Below are positions 1-9,990 of a stretch of DNA of 64,000 bases, piece after piece; positions within the stretch are counted from its first letter, which is position 1, and the number at the start of each line of letters is the position of its first letter. The translations under genes and the position numbers were made by a program. The stretch is from Andalucia godoyi And28. Lineage: Eukaryota; Protista; Jakobida. The DNA lies in contig VRVR01000007.1 in the NCBI GenBank assembly GCA_009859145.1, positions 1 to 64,000 of the forward strand, read 5' to 3'. The notes beneath the pieces are model-generated. The model did not search any database and had not been told where the DNA came from. It saw only the letters and a program-made list of their open reading frames with translations.

Positions 1-685
1 CCATGCGCAGGTGTCTGACGAGTGTGCATTCGACCTCGAATGTGCGGCCCGAGCGGCCGTTCGCAGTTTCCCGTGGAAAGGACGTTTTCTTCATGGGACG
101 TTTCTTTTGCGAAAGAGGACCTGGATGCAGCAGACACCTTCTGCCGTTCAGCCGCCTTCCCGTATTCTGATCCGGACTGCTGTCTTGACGGAGACTGCTG
201 CCACGGACTGGAGTACTGCTGCACGGAATGCGATGGCAAGTGTCGCTGCTCCGTGTCCGGGAAGTGCCACTGAAGGGGTTCGTCGCAGTCGCCGACGGAT
301 CATGAAGAACACGTAAAACATCATTTTTTTTCCGCTGACACTGCACGAGCATCGAGAACTGAAGGCAGGACACGCTCTCTTTACCAGAGACAAGCACGGT
401 ATCTGCGACACTGCGTGCCATCACCGCCATGTCTGTCGCCAGAGACATCGCCACGCGTTGGTGGGGGGCGGACGGTCAAAGGAGCTGCCCGCAGCGACAA
501 AAGAAACCCCTCCTGCCACCACTCCCTGCATCCTGTTCGGTTGGGCTCAGTGGGCACGGTCAGTCGCTGTCGATTCAGTCGGCTGTCGAGGATGTAGAAA
601 AGCACTCTGAAAGCTGATCAGCACGGAACTCTGAGGAAACATCCCGCTGCTTTCATGTGCAAAACACTAGTAGCGGCATTCGCAA

Positions 686-1052
686 TCATCCAGCTCTTCG
701 GCAAAATGCGGAATTATCTGCCCATCGATCGCCATACTGCGGTCCACACGCTTCGTTAGACACGCAAAATCGCCACGTGTTGTGCAGCACGGCAGCGAGC
801 GTCGCAGCCAGCTCGGCGTGTGCACAGGTGCCGGTGAGATCCACGCTCTTCAAAAGCACATGTTCGATCGTCTGTCGATGCCGCTCCGCATCCGTCGGGC
901 GATGAAGAATGCATCGGAAGGGCTTTTTTACATTAAACGACCGGCCGCAGTCTAGCGGGCTAGCTATCGGCGATGGACAACGATACTCTCACTATGTTGA
1001 GCGGTAAAATCCATAACATACAGTTTGTTTGAGCTGCGAGATACGTGTCCAT
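686..1052 (-). CDS. Putative 98-aa spliced hypothetical protein (exons 1052-1022 and 951-686)
   Basis: ATG at 1052, GTATGT donor at 1021, TAG acceptor at 952 (70-nt intron). Splicing joins MDTYLAAQTN to YCGRSFNVKKPFRCILHRPTDAERHRQTIEHVLL in frame; TGA at 688-686. No recognised homology. Confidence 0.3.
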
Positions 1053-1134
1053 TTTTTCCGGACGGCGTTCTGCTGCAGCGGCAGAGTGCCACGCACGACC
1101 CGCACCGACTGGGGCTTTTTCGTCAGTGATTACC

Positions 1135-3378
1135 TTAGGCAGTGACGATGCGTAGTCCCGCGAAATCGCTGATACGGACAGAAGAGTCTCTGTGAAGGCC
1201 AGGACAGGATATAAACATGAGATTTTTGGGAACGGAAAGCGTCTTGGAGACAGCCTCCACCGCTTGTGATGTGAAATTGCTGTTCACGAACACGAGATCC
1301 AATTGATACTTTGGAAAACACTTTTCTAGGAACTCTACAGCGCATCGAAGGGACTCCATACGCTCTCGTACCACCGAGTGGTGCTCTGGATCGCCTTCGT
1401 ACTGAAACATATGGACAAAGTATACATGATAACACTGCTCATTTTCGTAAACGTACCGCATCAGCTTGAACAGCGTATGAGTGTCGACCAACCGCGTAAA
1501 CAAGACCACTGGTTGGTTGCAAATATGCAAGATGCGATTGTGCATGATGACATCCGTACGATTGCACAGGTTTTCGAATTCCGTTTGCGATTGATGACGG
1601 AACATGATTTTCCATTCGCGGAGTGCACGGATGCTCGCCAAGATGACGAAACGCGCAATTCGAAGTATTCGTACTTTCTGGAACATAAAGAAGAGAAATG
1701 CCAGGCAGGCAGCGAGGTACAGCAAGAAATACCACAAAAAGCTGGGTGTTACGATGACACTAATGAGAAGGGCAGAAACGGAGCCACAAAATGCAAACAA
1801 GACTGTCGGGAGCGAGCATCGTCGCTCACAAGGTATGTAGGAGCGGTTGTACTTCAAAATCATGTTTCCCACGGCGACGAAGGACATAACCGAGAGAAAC
1901 GCGACAGCATAGACTCCTTCGAGAATCGTGACATTCTTTGCACCGCCTACAATGTACAACATGGACGTGCAGATCAGGAAGAATACGATTATGGACACTA
2001 CTCTGGACCCAGTGTACGGATTTTTTGCTGCCATTATCTTCGGAATGCATCGATCTTCTGCCATCCGTGCAAGCAAACCCACCACTCCGACGTATCCCGT
2101 CAATACTGCACCCGACAGGACCATAAACGCATCGACGGAAATCAGATAGAACAAAACGGTGTTGCCGTCGGTCGTCCGCAGGGCCATCTGCGCGAGGAGT
2201 GCATTTGATGCTGCTTCAACTTCCGCATTCGTGAGAACTGCAAACGATAAGAAGGAAATCATGGGATTGAAAAATGCGACGGCCCACCACATATTCCGAA
2301 GCGTTTTCGGAAATACCCCTGGCTTTTGCTCCTCGAGAAAATTGCAGCTGGTTTCAAATCCAGTAATTCCCAACATGCCCGCTCCAAACCCAACAAACAA
2401 ACCTTGTGCGACACTGTACTGACTTGGAACGGCATCGGAAGCTGCCCAGTTGGTCGACAGAACGCTGGGGTGCATGCACATGTAAACAAACGACGCAAGA
2501 ATGAGTGCAAATAGGGATACCATGTGGATTACAAATATGACTACGGCAACCCCTGCAGATTCCTCCAATCCAAGCAGAGTCAACACGCAAAAGAACCCGA
2601 GCAGTGCGACAATCAGTGCAGTCTCGTCAGGTCCAGATCCCCAGAGCCCCGCTCCATAAGAAATTGCCGTAGCTCCACTGACAACAGCCGTCGCAACGTA
2701 CGAAAGAAAAGAACACGCAGACGCAACTGCCGAAAACCACTTTTGCGTGGTGTTGAGTAAAATCGTGTATGAGCCGCCATTCAGAGGAAGGGCAGACCCG
2801 ACTTCCTCATACACAAATCTGTAAAAGTACAAGACAAACGCCACTGCGAGTAGGGAAAAGACGGAGTATACACCGGCAGCTTGCGCCACAAATGCAGCCG
2901 TGTACAAGCACGATGAAGTAATATCATTTCCGCAGATCGCTGTAGACGTCAGCTGGCCAAGCAAGTGCTTCGGTTGTCGTGGGGGATACGCAGAATTGAA
3001 TCCGTCGCGGTCACTCGTGAAATCAAGGCAGTACTCGACTCCATCACCCGGAGGAAGTTCCCATAGGCGAAGAGCCGATAACGCATCAATCCCATCTCTT
3101 CGGATGCTGCTGAACTCGGCCGACGAATCTGAGAACTGTTTGAACGCCGGCATGCTTGCAGAGTGCGACACTCCATGAGACTGCAGATCTGCAGCATGTA
3201 TTTTGTGTCGAGGATCCGCATAGTTCGGCCTCAGCTCATGTCTCGCAACTCGATATCGAAGAAACGGGCTTGGCGATTCCCCATTCCCCATTCCGCCAGT
3301 GGACATGCTGACGCCGACAGCAACAGGGACCTCTACGGGCGACACCGCCGATGAAGAATCACTTCTGCTCGTATCCAT
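1135..3378 (-). CDS. APC-superfamily amino acid/polyamine permease, ~12 TM plus cytosolic C-terminal domain
   Basis: 747-aa ORF; TM1 motif AICGNDITSSCLY, NGGSY loop, GITGFETS in TM6, many hydrophobic helices. Confidence 0.88.
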   Translation of the reverse strand: MDTSRSDSSSAVSPVEVPVAVGVSMSTGGMGNGESPSPFLRYRVARHELRPNYADPRHKIHAADLQSHGVSHSASMPAFKQFSDSSAEFSSIRRDGIDALSALRLWELPPGDGVEYCLDFTSDRDGFNSAYPPRQPKHLLGQLTSTAICGNDITSSCLYTAAFVAQAAGVYSVFSLLAVAFVLYFYRFVYEEVGSALPLNGGSYTILLNTTQKWFSAVASACSFLSYVATAVVSGATAISYGAGLWGSGPDETALIVALLGFFCVLTLLGLEESAGVAVVIFVIHMVSLFALILASFVYMCMHPSVLSTNWAASDAVPSQYSVAQGLFVGFGAGMLGITGFETSCNFLEEQKPGVFPKTLRNMWWAVAFFNPMISFLSFAVLTNAEVEAASNALLAQMALRTTDGNTVLFYLISVDAFMVLSGAVLTGYVGVVGLLARMAEDRCIPKIMAAKNPYTGSRVVSIIVFFLICTSMLYIVGGAKNVTILEGVYAVAFLSVMSFVAVGNMILKYNRSYIPCERRCSLPTVLFAFCGSVSALLISVIVTPSFLWYFLLYLAACLAFLFFMFQKVRILRIARFVILASIRALREWKIMFRHQSQTEFENLCNRTDVIMHNRILHICNQPVVLFTRLVDTHTLFKLMRYVYENEQCYHVYFVHMFQYEGDPEHHSVVRERMESLRCAVEFLEKCFPKYQLDLVFVNSNFTSQAVEAVSKTLSVPKNLMFISCPGLHRDSSVRISDFAGLRIVTA

Positions 3379-3755
3379 AATTCAGTGGCTTATTCTACAA
3401 TATTTGTTCCCCACCAGGCCTCGTTGGACGGCGGAGCTTGGTTTGAAAATAGAAACGGGGAGGTGGGGAAACAGAAACCGAGACACGGTGACCAGAAGAA
3501 AAAGGCTTCACCGAAGAGTCGGACCAAAGATTTGACACGCTTCCAAACACACGTTTTGTTATGTTATTCTTTTTACAGCGGGAAGCGTGTCATTTTATTC
3601 CTTTCTCCTGTGTGTGTTTGTATGCGGGTGTGTGGCGGGGAGATGTGCCAATAACGGGCATCGATTATTTCATTCCAGAGAAAAGTAGACACTTGAATCC
3701 TATCTGCCGCGCCTCTACCATGTTCCGAAAACATCGTTTTAAAAACAAGAAGCGA

Positions 3756-4796
3756 TTAAAATGCAGATTTCACCGCTTCTCTTTGCTGAGTCGTGAGCGA
3801 AGAAGGAAACGCGACCACGAATTGGATGTACAAATCGCCAAAACTACCACTGTCCGCAACGGGCATGCCCTCGCCACCAACTTTCAGGATGAATCCGTGT
3901 GGAGTAACCACAGACTCCGGGCGCGAAATACGCACCGCATGTCCATCTAGGTGAGCAAACGATGTTTCAAACCCGACAAGAGAATCCCGGAGAGAAATCT
4001 CGAGTTTTCGATGAAGATCATTACCTTTTCGGACAAAGACGGAATCCGGAACAGTGCGAATCACAAGTACCAGATCGCCGGGCTGTCCATCCTCGACTCC
4101 ATCCGACTCTCCATCAAGAATAATTTCATGGGCATCCACAGTGCCCTTTTCTATTTCTACAAAGAGAACATCTTGCTCACGCTTCCAATCAATAGACGGA
4201 CAAGTGTCGCACACCTTCTCCGCTCGCTGTTGATAGTAGCCGGGTGCGATTTGCTGCGTGACCATCTTCTGTCGGCAGTTGCACTGCCGAGTCCCCTTTC
4301 CTTCGCGAGCAACATTCTTGTCGCGAAGCATTCGCAATTCCCGACCAGTGTACAGGTCTTGCAGAGTCACTGCAAGATCTAGTCGGACCGACGGTCCACG
4401 TTTGTCCCCCGGATTCTCCTCTCCACCACGCTGACCAAACGAATTTCCAAAAAACGACCCGAAAATTCCTCCGAAAAGATCATCCTGGGCACCTCCGTGC
4501 CCCCCTTGTGCTGCCATTTGCTGCACCCCTTCTTCGCCATGCGCATCGTACACTCTTCTCTTGTCCTTGTCAGACAGCACTTCGTATGCCTTGTTCAGCT
4601 CCATATATGTCTTCTGTGCCTCTGGGTCTGGGTTCTTGTCTGGGTGATACTTTGCTGCAAGTTTGCGAAACGCTTTCTTGATATCATTGTCAGCTGCGGA
4701 TCGGCTCACGCCGAGAAGCGCATAGTAGTCCTTCTTGCAGTAAACGACAATCATAAGCATGGACAGAACGAGGAGAACCGAGAGCGGAAACCTCAT
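3756..4796 (-). CDS. DNAJB11: ER-luminal DnaJ co-chaperone (ERdj3/DNAJB11-like)
   Basis: Signal peptide, J domain (KDYYALLGV...HPDKN), G/F region, Cys-containing CNC...CDTC segment, DnaJ_C domain. Confidence 0.88.
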   Translation of the reverse strand: MRFPLSVLLVLSMLMIVVYCKKDYYALLGVSRSAADNDIKKAFRKLAAKYHPDKNPDPEAQKTYMELNKAYEVLSDKDKRRVYDAHGEEGVQQMAAQGGHGGAQDDLFGGIFGSFFGNSFGQRGGEENPGDKRGPSVRLDLAVTLQDLYTGRELRMLRDKNVAREGKGTRQCNCRQKMVTQQIAPGYYQQRAEKVCDTCPSIDWKREQDVLFVEIEKGTVDAHEIILDGESDGVEDGQPGDLVLVIRTVPDSVFVRKGNDLHRKLEISLRDSLVGFETSFAHLDGHAVRISRPESVVTPHGFILKVGGEGMPVADSGSFGDLYIQFVVAFPSSLTTQQREAVKSAF

Positions 4797-5169
4797 TTTT
4801 TACTCACTTTGTTGTCGACTCCTCAATGGAAGAATGGAATATCAAACAACAACAATGACAGAAAGGAAACAGGAGAGAAGAAGAAGTCGCCAATAAATAA
4901 TAATAATAAAAACGGGGGGATGGAGAGGGGAGAAAACAGTAAAAGACGTGCTGTACGCATGTCCACACGTGGCAAATCATTGCTGATGATTTTTGCCATC
5001 GCCGGACCTTTTGAGAGCTTGCACGTTTACGCTTGCATGTGTCTGCCATCCCGTCCCTTCCGCAGTCTTCTGATCTTTGAGTTTTCAACTGGCCTCTGTG
5101 TGTCGGGAACGATTCATTGTTTCGCTCTTCGGTGAGAATTCGTGGAACACGGCCAAGAAGGATAAGACG

Positions 5170-7314
5170 ATGGGAATCACTACTCTTTTGCAGCTGGGGC
5201 AGTTCGTGCATCGCGATCCCCAGGCGTATTTCGAGGAAGTGTCATCTCGATATCAACATCTTGTGTCAACAGTCACTCTTGTCTTTGCGTCGCCTTCGCA
5301 GTTGGAGAAATCGCCGGAAGACCTGCGTGCCCTTTGCGAGCTTTGCAAGTTCGTTGCTTCTACTAGTACATATTTTCCGCAAACGATCTGCAAGTCATTT
5401 TCCACAATGGCCGTTGACTCGTGGCTTTCGGATCCTCGGTTCCCTTCACTCCCGCTGTCGTTTCGCCTGGCGCTCGTGCAGGCTGTGATGTCGCTTCGCG
5501 CCAAGAATCAGACTTCAACTGAGAAGGTGTTCGCATCATTTGTTCCACTGCTTGGAAGCGCTGAGAAGCAAATGCGGCGAATGATCTTCGGCTATCTAGT
5601 GAAGGAATCCAAGAGGACTACCCAAGATAACGTCAAGAAATCGATGCAGTCGGTCTTGTTCAACTCTCTTAAAAAGTGCACCAACGCATCGTCGGAGAGT
5701 GCAGAAAACCATAGCGCGGATCTGATTGCGTCTTCCATTGTTCGCATTTTCGGTATCCTTTTCGTAAGCCGTGTTTGGTGGAGCGACGCGACCACAGCGG
5801 TCAACGTGGTTGCTTCCGAGGCATTGTTCAATCCTCACGAAAAAGTTGTCACTGCTGCTCTGCACTTCTTTCTCAATTTAAAGACGTTTGGAAAAAGCGA
5901 CGAAATTGATAATGACGATCGAATGGAACAAATTGAATCCGAGCGGCTGACCATTTGCGACCGTCTCAAGAAAGGCCCAAAGGTCAAAGATCGGACTGCT
6001 CGTAAGATGAAGCGCAGAGCAAAATTGCTACAGCAGCGCATCAAGTCGCAGCAAAATGAGGACAACGAACACGAAGCAGTGGGAGACATGGATTTCGACG
6101 AGGATGCCTCCGTGGATGGCGTCAGCTCGTCTAGTCGAGTGATAGACCTCCGCGGATTCGAGCATATAGAGTGGCTCAACAATCCTCTGACCATTGCTGA
6201 GCGATTGTTTGCTTCTGTTCGGCAGTCTCAGTTCAGCTTTGACATGCGTATCATGCAACTGGATCTGGTCTCGCGTATCATGGCCATCCATCATCTGGTC
6301 ATTCCGAACTTTGGACCGTTTATGGCGAAATTTGTCAGGCCCTCCCAAGCAGAAGTCACAAAGTTGCTGGCAGTCGCCGTTCAGAGTGTCCACAAAGACA
6401 CCCCTGCAGACTGCGTTCTACCATTGTTGCAGTCGCTTTCGGATAATTTTGTGAGCGAGAGCAACGACGGTCCGTCCATTGCGATCGGTTTGAACACCAT
6501 TCGAACATTATGCTTGAGATGTCCATCCGGAATGCGGGACATTGGCGGTGTTTTGGTCAATGACTGGCTGTCGTACAGGAAGTTCAAAACCGATAAGTCG
6601 GTGGTCATGGCTGCCAGAGGTGTCCTTGAGATCGCCAGAACCGTCGTTCCGCACCTTCTGCATCGTCGTGATTTTGGCAAGGAGGTCAGCGAGAAAATGT
6701 CTCAGGCCAAGCGAATGAAAATGTCGAACTCGAGAGTTGGTGAAGAGCAGATGGAGAACGACAGCGATGACGGATGGCGTGATGTGGAAGACCTCTCCGA
6801 AAACGAGGATGACGAAGAAAACGAGGATGAATTCGAGATTGTCGATGAAGATGATCCTGAGTTGGATGACAATGACAATGTCGATGTCGATGATGATGAC
6901 GATGACGATGACGATGTCGATGACGATGACGATGAGGATTCAGCAGACATTGACGACGATGCCGTCGTTGATACCCAGCAATTAGAGGCAAATGGCGATG
7001 ACGATGACCTGATGGGGATCGTTTTGGATCCAGAGGCCTTGCAGCCGGTTAAGGCAAATTCCCGGAAGCGTACTCGTGAAGAACGTATCGAGTCTGTCAA
7101 TTCCGGAAGGGAAGATCGAGAAAAGTTTGGGTTCAGAAAGCTGAAAGGCGGTGGAACAACGAATCAAGAAAAACAAAAAACAAAGCTGCCGCAAATGGTT
7201 CAGCAGAGCAGAAAGGTTCGTGAAAAGATGGGTTTGTCGCTTCGTGATAAGCAGTTGCGAAAGGGGACACGTCGCTCGAGAGTGAAAAAACAACCAAAGA
7301 GATTCAGAAAGTAA
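5170..7314 (+). CDS. SDA1: SDA1 60S ribosome biogenesis protein
   Basis: LLQL...RDPQAYFEE N-terminus, IAIGLNTIRTLCLRCP motif, acidic tract, basic C-terminus (GGGTTNQEKQK..QMV). First ATG at 5170. Confidence 0.92.
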   Translation: MGITTLLQLGQFVHRDPQAYFEEVSSRYQHLVSTVTLVFASPSQLEKSPEDLRALCELCKFVASTSTYFPQTICKSFSTMAVDSWLSDPRFPSLPLSFRLALVQAVMSLRAKNQTSTEKVFASFVPLLGSAEKQMRRMIFGYLVKESKRTTQDNVKKSMQSVLFNSLKKCTNASSESAENHSADLIASSIVRIFGILFVSRVWWSDATTAVNVVASEALFNPHEKVVTAALHFFLNLKTFGKSDEIDNDDRMEQIESERLTICDRLKKGPKVKDRTARKMKRRAKLLQQRIKSQQNEDNEHEAVGDMDFDEDASVDGVSSSSRVIDLRGFEHIEWLNNPLTIAERLFASVRQSQFSFDMRIMQLDLVSRIMAIHHLVIPNFGPFMAKFVRPSQAEVTKLLAVAVQSVHKDTPADCVLPLLQSLSDNFVSESNDGPSIAIGLNTIRTLCLRCPSGMRDIGGVLVNDWLSYRKFKTDKSVVMAARGVLEIARTVVPHLLHRRDFGKEVSEKMSQAKRMKMSNSRVGEEQMENDSDDGWRDVEDLSENEDDEENEDEFEIVDEDDPELDDNDNVDVDDDDDDDDDVDDDDDEDSADIDDDAVVDTQQLEANGDDDDLMGIVLDPEALQPVKANSRKRTREERIESVNSGREDREKFGFRKLKGGGTTNQEKQKTKLPQMVQQSRKVREKMGLSLRDKQLRKGTRRSRVKKQPKRFRK

Positions 7315-7401
7315 AAGATTGTGAGATAATCATTTTTTTAATTATTTTTAAATATACAAACATAATTTGCTGCAAAGCCCCCATTACTTCCCTGCAAACG
7401 A

Positions 7402-9348
7402 CTATAAAAACAAAGACTTGACATCCTTTTGATCGTAGACTGTCTGGCAGGCTGGGCACTTTCTATTTCGATTAGCCAAATTTTGATTGATACACTTCCG
7501 ACAGAAAGCATGGAAGCACTTCGCGATCACGGAGTCCTTGGGACGATCATTGCACTGCGAACAAATTGCAAGCTTGCGATACATCAAGGTTGAGCGATCA
7601 CCAGAAGCTCCATCGGTCTTTTTCCGCAGTAAATTGAGTTCCTTTGTCAGTTCTTGCAGTTGAACGGTCATCGCAGCAAGCTGTTCTGATTTGTTGCGGA
7701 CCGTAGAATTCGCATCTCGGAGTTGTGCTTCGAGATCATCCAGAACTTCCTTACCCTGCAGCACACGGTCTCTTTCAGCAGCCAGCCGCCCTCTTTCTTG
7801 TTCCATCGTTGCATATGCAAACGCAGCAGATCGACGTTGAGCGCTTGCTTCTGCATCCGTCTTCAGGAGTTCGTCTTCGAGCTTGGAAATCGTATCCTTC
7901 AATATTGCAATGGTCCTTTCATACTCAAACTGGGCTTCTTCCAGTTTTCTGACGAGTACAAAAGCGCGATCCGCCTTTTCGGATTCGAGATTTCGCAGTT
8001 GCTGAAGCTCCTCCTGCGATTTCCTCCATTTCAACCGTTCCGTAACGAGCTGTCGATGTCCGTCATCCAGCTCAGACACTTGAGAGGCAAGTCTCAGGTT
8101 CAACGCCTGTGAGTCCTCGTATGCCTTCAAAACAGACTCCATGTCCATCGCTAGTATGCTGGACGACTCTCTCTCTAGTTCCAGTTCCTTCATGAGCGCT
8201 TCATTTTCCGGTAACGAAGAACGGGCCTGCATAATGTCGTCCAACTTTTGCTTGTATCGCCCTGCTTCCGTCACCGCTTTGTCAAGCTGTTCCTTCATGG
8301 ACTGCAAGAATGCTCGACATTCCTTTCCTCGCTTTGCAAACGGATCGCTCTCTGCCTCCACTCGCAATGCCTCCAGTTCACGTTGCACGGAATCCCGTTC
8401 AGATTCGACAGCGTTCAGGCGAGAGATCATGGCCTTTTCTCGAGTGCTTGACCCATCGATCACAGTGCCGATCTGAGACCGAACATCTGAAATCTCCGAT
8501 TCAAGAAGCGAAATTCGAGATGAAGAATCTTGCTTGTAGACTTGGGTTTCGTTGAAAAGCTTTCTGTGTTCCACGAGAATTACCGCGTCATTCTTGTCCT
8601 TTCCTGCTTTCACCATGGAGAACACAAGATCAGAATCAACGGCCTCGTCTCTTGAGGATGCACCGAATCCAATGGATGCAGCATCCGGCAAAACACCGAG
8701 GGAGTTGTTCTCCTTGATGGATTCCTGTTGCAACTGAAAGTACTTTGACCGCCATCGCGCAATTTCTTCTTCATTCTTAGAATGCTGCTCCTCGCGGAGA
8801 ACGAGAATGCTTTCGAGTTGCGCCACTCTCGTCTCAAGCTCCCTTTGTTTCTCCTTAGCCTGGTCTAGATGAAACAGCGCTTTTCCAGACAAGCCGAGAT
8901 CGGATTCACTGTGAGAAGCGTGCATTGGCGAGATACTCACGCTTTTGCTCTGCGACGATGGAGCAGGTGGGATGGAGGAAGATATGGCGTTTGAACTGAC
9001 TGCAGAAAAGGATCCAGAGGTTGAAGAGGACATGGATGGTGCTGGAGGAATCGATGGAGATACGAAAGAAGACGAAGACAGCGACGAGGGGGGAAAAGAG
9101 GATGACGTCAGAGGGGACTGTGAGAATGGCGCAGGACCAGGAACAGAGGCCACTCCTGTACTAGCAATCGGATTTGCTACAGGAATTGCAGCACTTCCCG
9201 GTACTTGCGACGCGGGTGACAGCAGTGAATCGCTTGTCGCGAATGACTGCGAAGCCGATCGAGACATTTTGAGAGCCGGAATGAGGTCCGAAGAACCATT
9301 CTCTGCCACGTCTGTGTCAGCAGACAATATTTCTCGCTTCCGATGCAT
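7402..9348 (-). CDS. BRE1: BRE1-like H2B E3 ubiquitin ligase
   Basis: Long coiled coil and C-terminal C3HC4 RING (CSQCNDRPKDSVIAKCFHAFCRKCI...RNRKCPACQ) typical of BRE1/RNF20. Confidence 0.85.
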   Translation of the reverse strand: MHRKREILSADTDVAENGSSDLIPALKMSRSASQSFATSDSLLSPASQVPGSAAIPVANPIASTGVASVPGPAPFSQSPLTSSSFPPSSLSSSSFVSPSIPPAPSMSSSTSGSFSAVSSNAISSSIPPAPSSQSKSVSISPMHASHSESDLGLSGKALFHLDQAKEKQRELETRVAQLESILVLREEQHSKNEEEIARWRSKYFQLQQESIKENNSLGVLPDAASIGFGASSRDEAVDSDLVFSMVKAGKDKNDAVILVEHRKLFNETQVYKQDSSSRISLLESEISDVRSQIGTVIDGSSTREKAMISRLNAVESERDSVQRELEALRVEAESDPFAKRGKECRAFLQSMKEQLDKAVTEAGRYKQKLDDIMQARSSLPENEALMKELELERESSSILAMDMESVLKAYEDSQALNLRLASQVSELDDGHRQLVTERLKWRKSQEELQQLRNLESEKADRAFVLVRKLEEAQFEYERTIAILKDTISKLEDELLKTDAEASAQRRSAAFAYATMEQERGRLAAERDRVLQGKEVLDDLEAQLRDANSTVRNKSEQLAAMTVQLQELTKELNLLRKKTDGASGDRSTLMYRKLAICSQCNDRPKDSVIAKCFHAFCRKCINQNLANRNRKCPACQTVYDQKDVKSLFL

Positions 9349-9820
9349 GGAATGCGATTAAATGAGCCGTTTATGGAAGGAAATAAAATGTAAACAGCAA
9401 CAAAGAAATGTAAAGAGAGAAGAGAGAAGGAGAGAAAAGAGTTTTCGAAACCAGGATTAAAGGAGGCCTTTAGTCGTGCTGGGCAAACAGGAGACGCGGA
9501 GAGTGCTGGTGGCGTACGGCTGGAAAAAGCGGTCTTTTCGCGCTTCGTCTGGGCAGCAACTGGCCCCCAATCCACAGAGCCTGCACAGACAACGGAGCCC
9601 CCCGCAGCGCGCAGGCAAGCTCTCTAAACTATGACCACTTCCTTTCTGGATCTTTTACGTAATGACAGTTTCATGAGAAAACATCCAAAAACATACAAAA
9701 GTACACATCCATTTCGCGTTCGTTGTAGACATAATGGGAGATCACCTCGGAAGAAAAAGCAACGAACCAAACAAACAAAGACAGCGACAACAAAAATACC
9801 CTGTAAGCAAGGCGGCGAAA

Positions 9821-9859
9821 GAAGAAGAAGAAGAAGAAGAAGAAGAAGAAGAAGAAGAA
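9821..9859. repeat. (GAA)n microsatellite
   Basis: About 13 GAA units, downstream of the NAP1 stop. Confidence 0.9.
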
Positions 9860-9990
9860 AAAGAAAAAGAAAATCACAGGAAAAGTTTGTTGCGAGTAAG
9901 ATCAAACAATAGAACAGACAACATGCAAAAAACACAATGAGCATACGTTTGTCCGAAGACCGCACGTGTCAATTGAAAAACGCGACAAAC

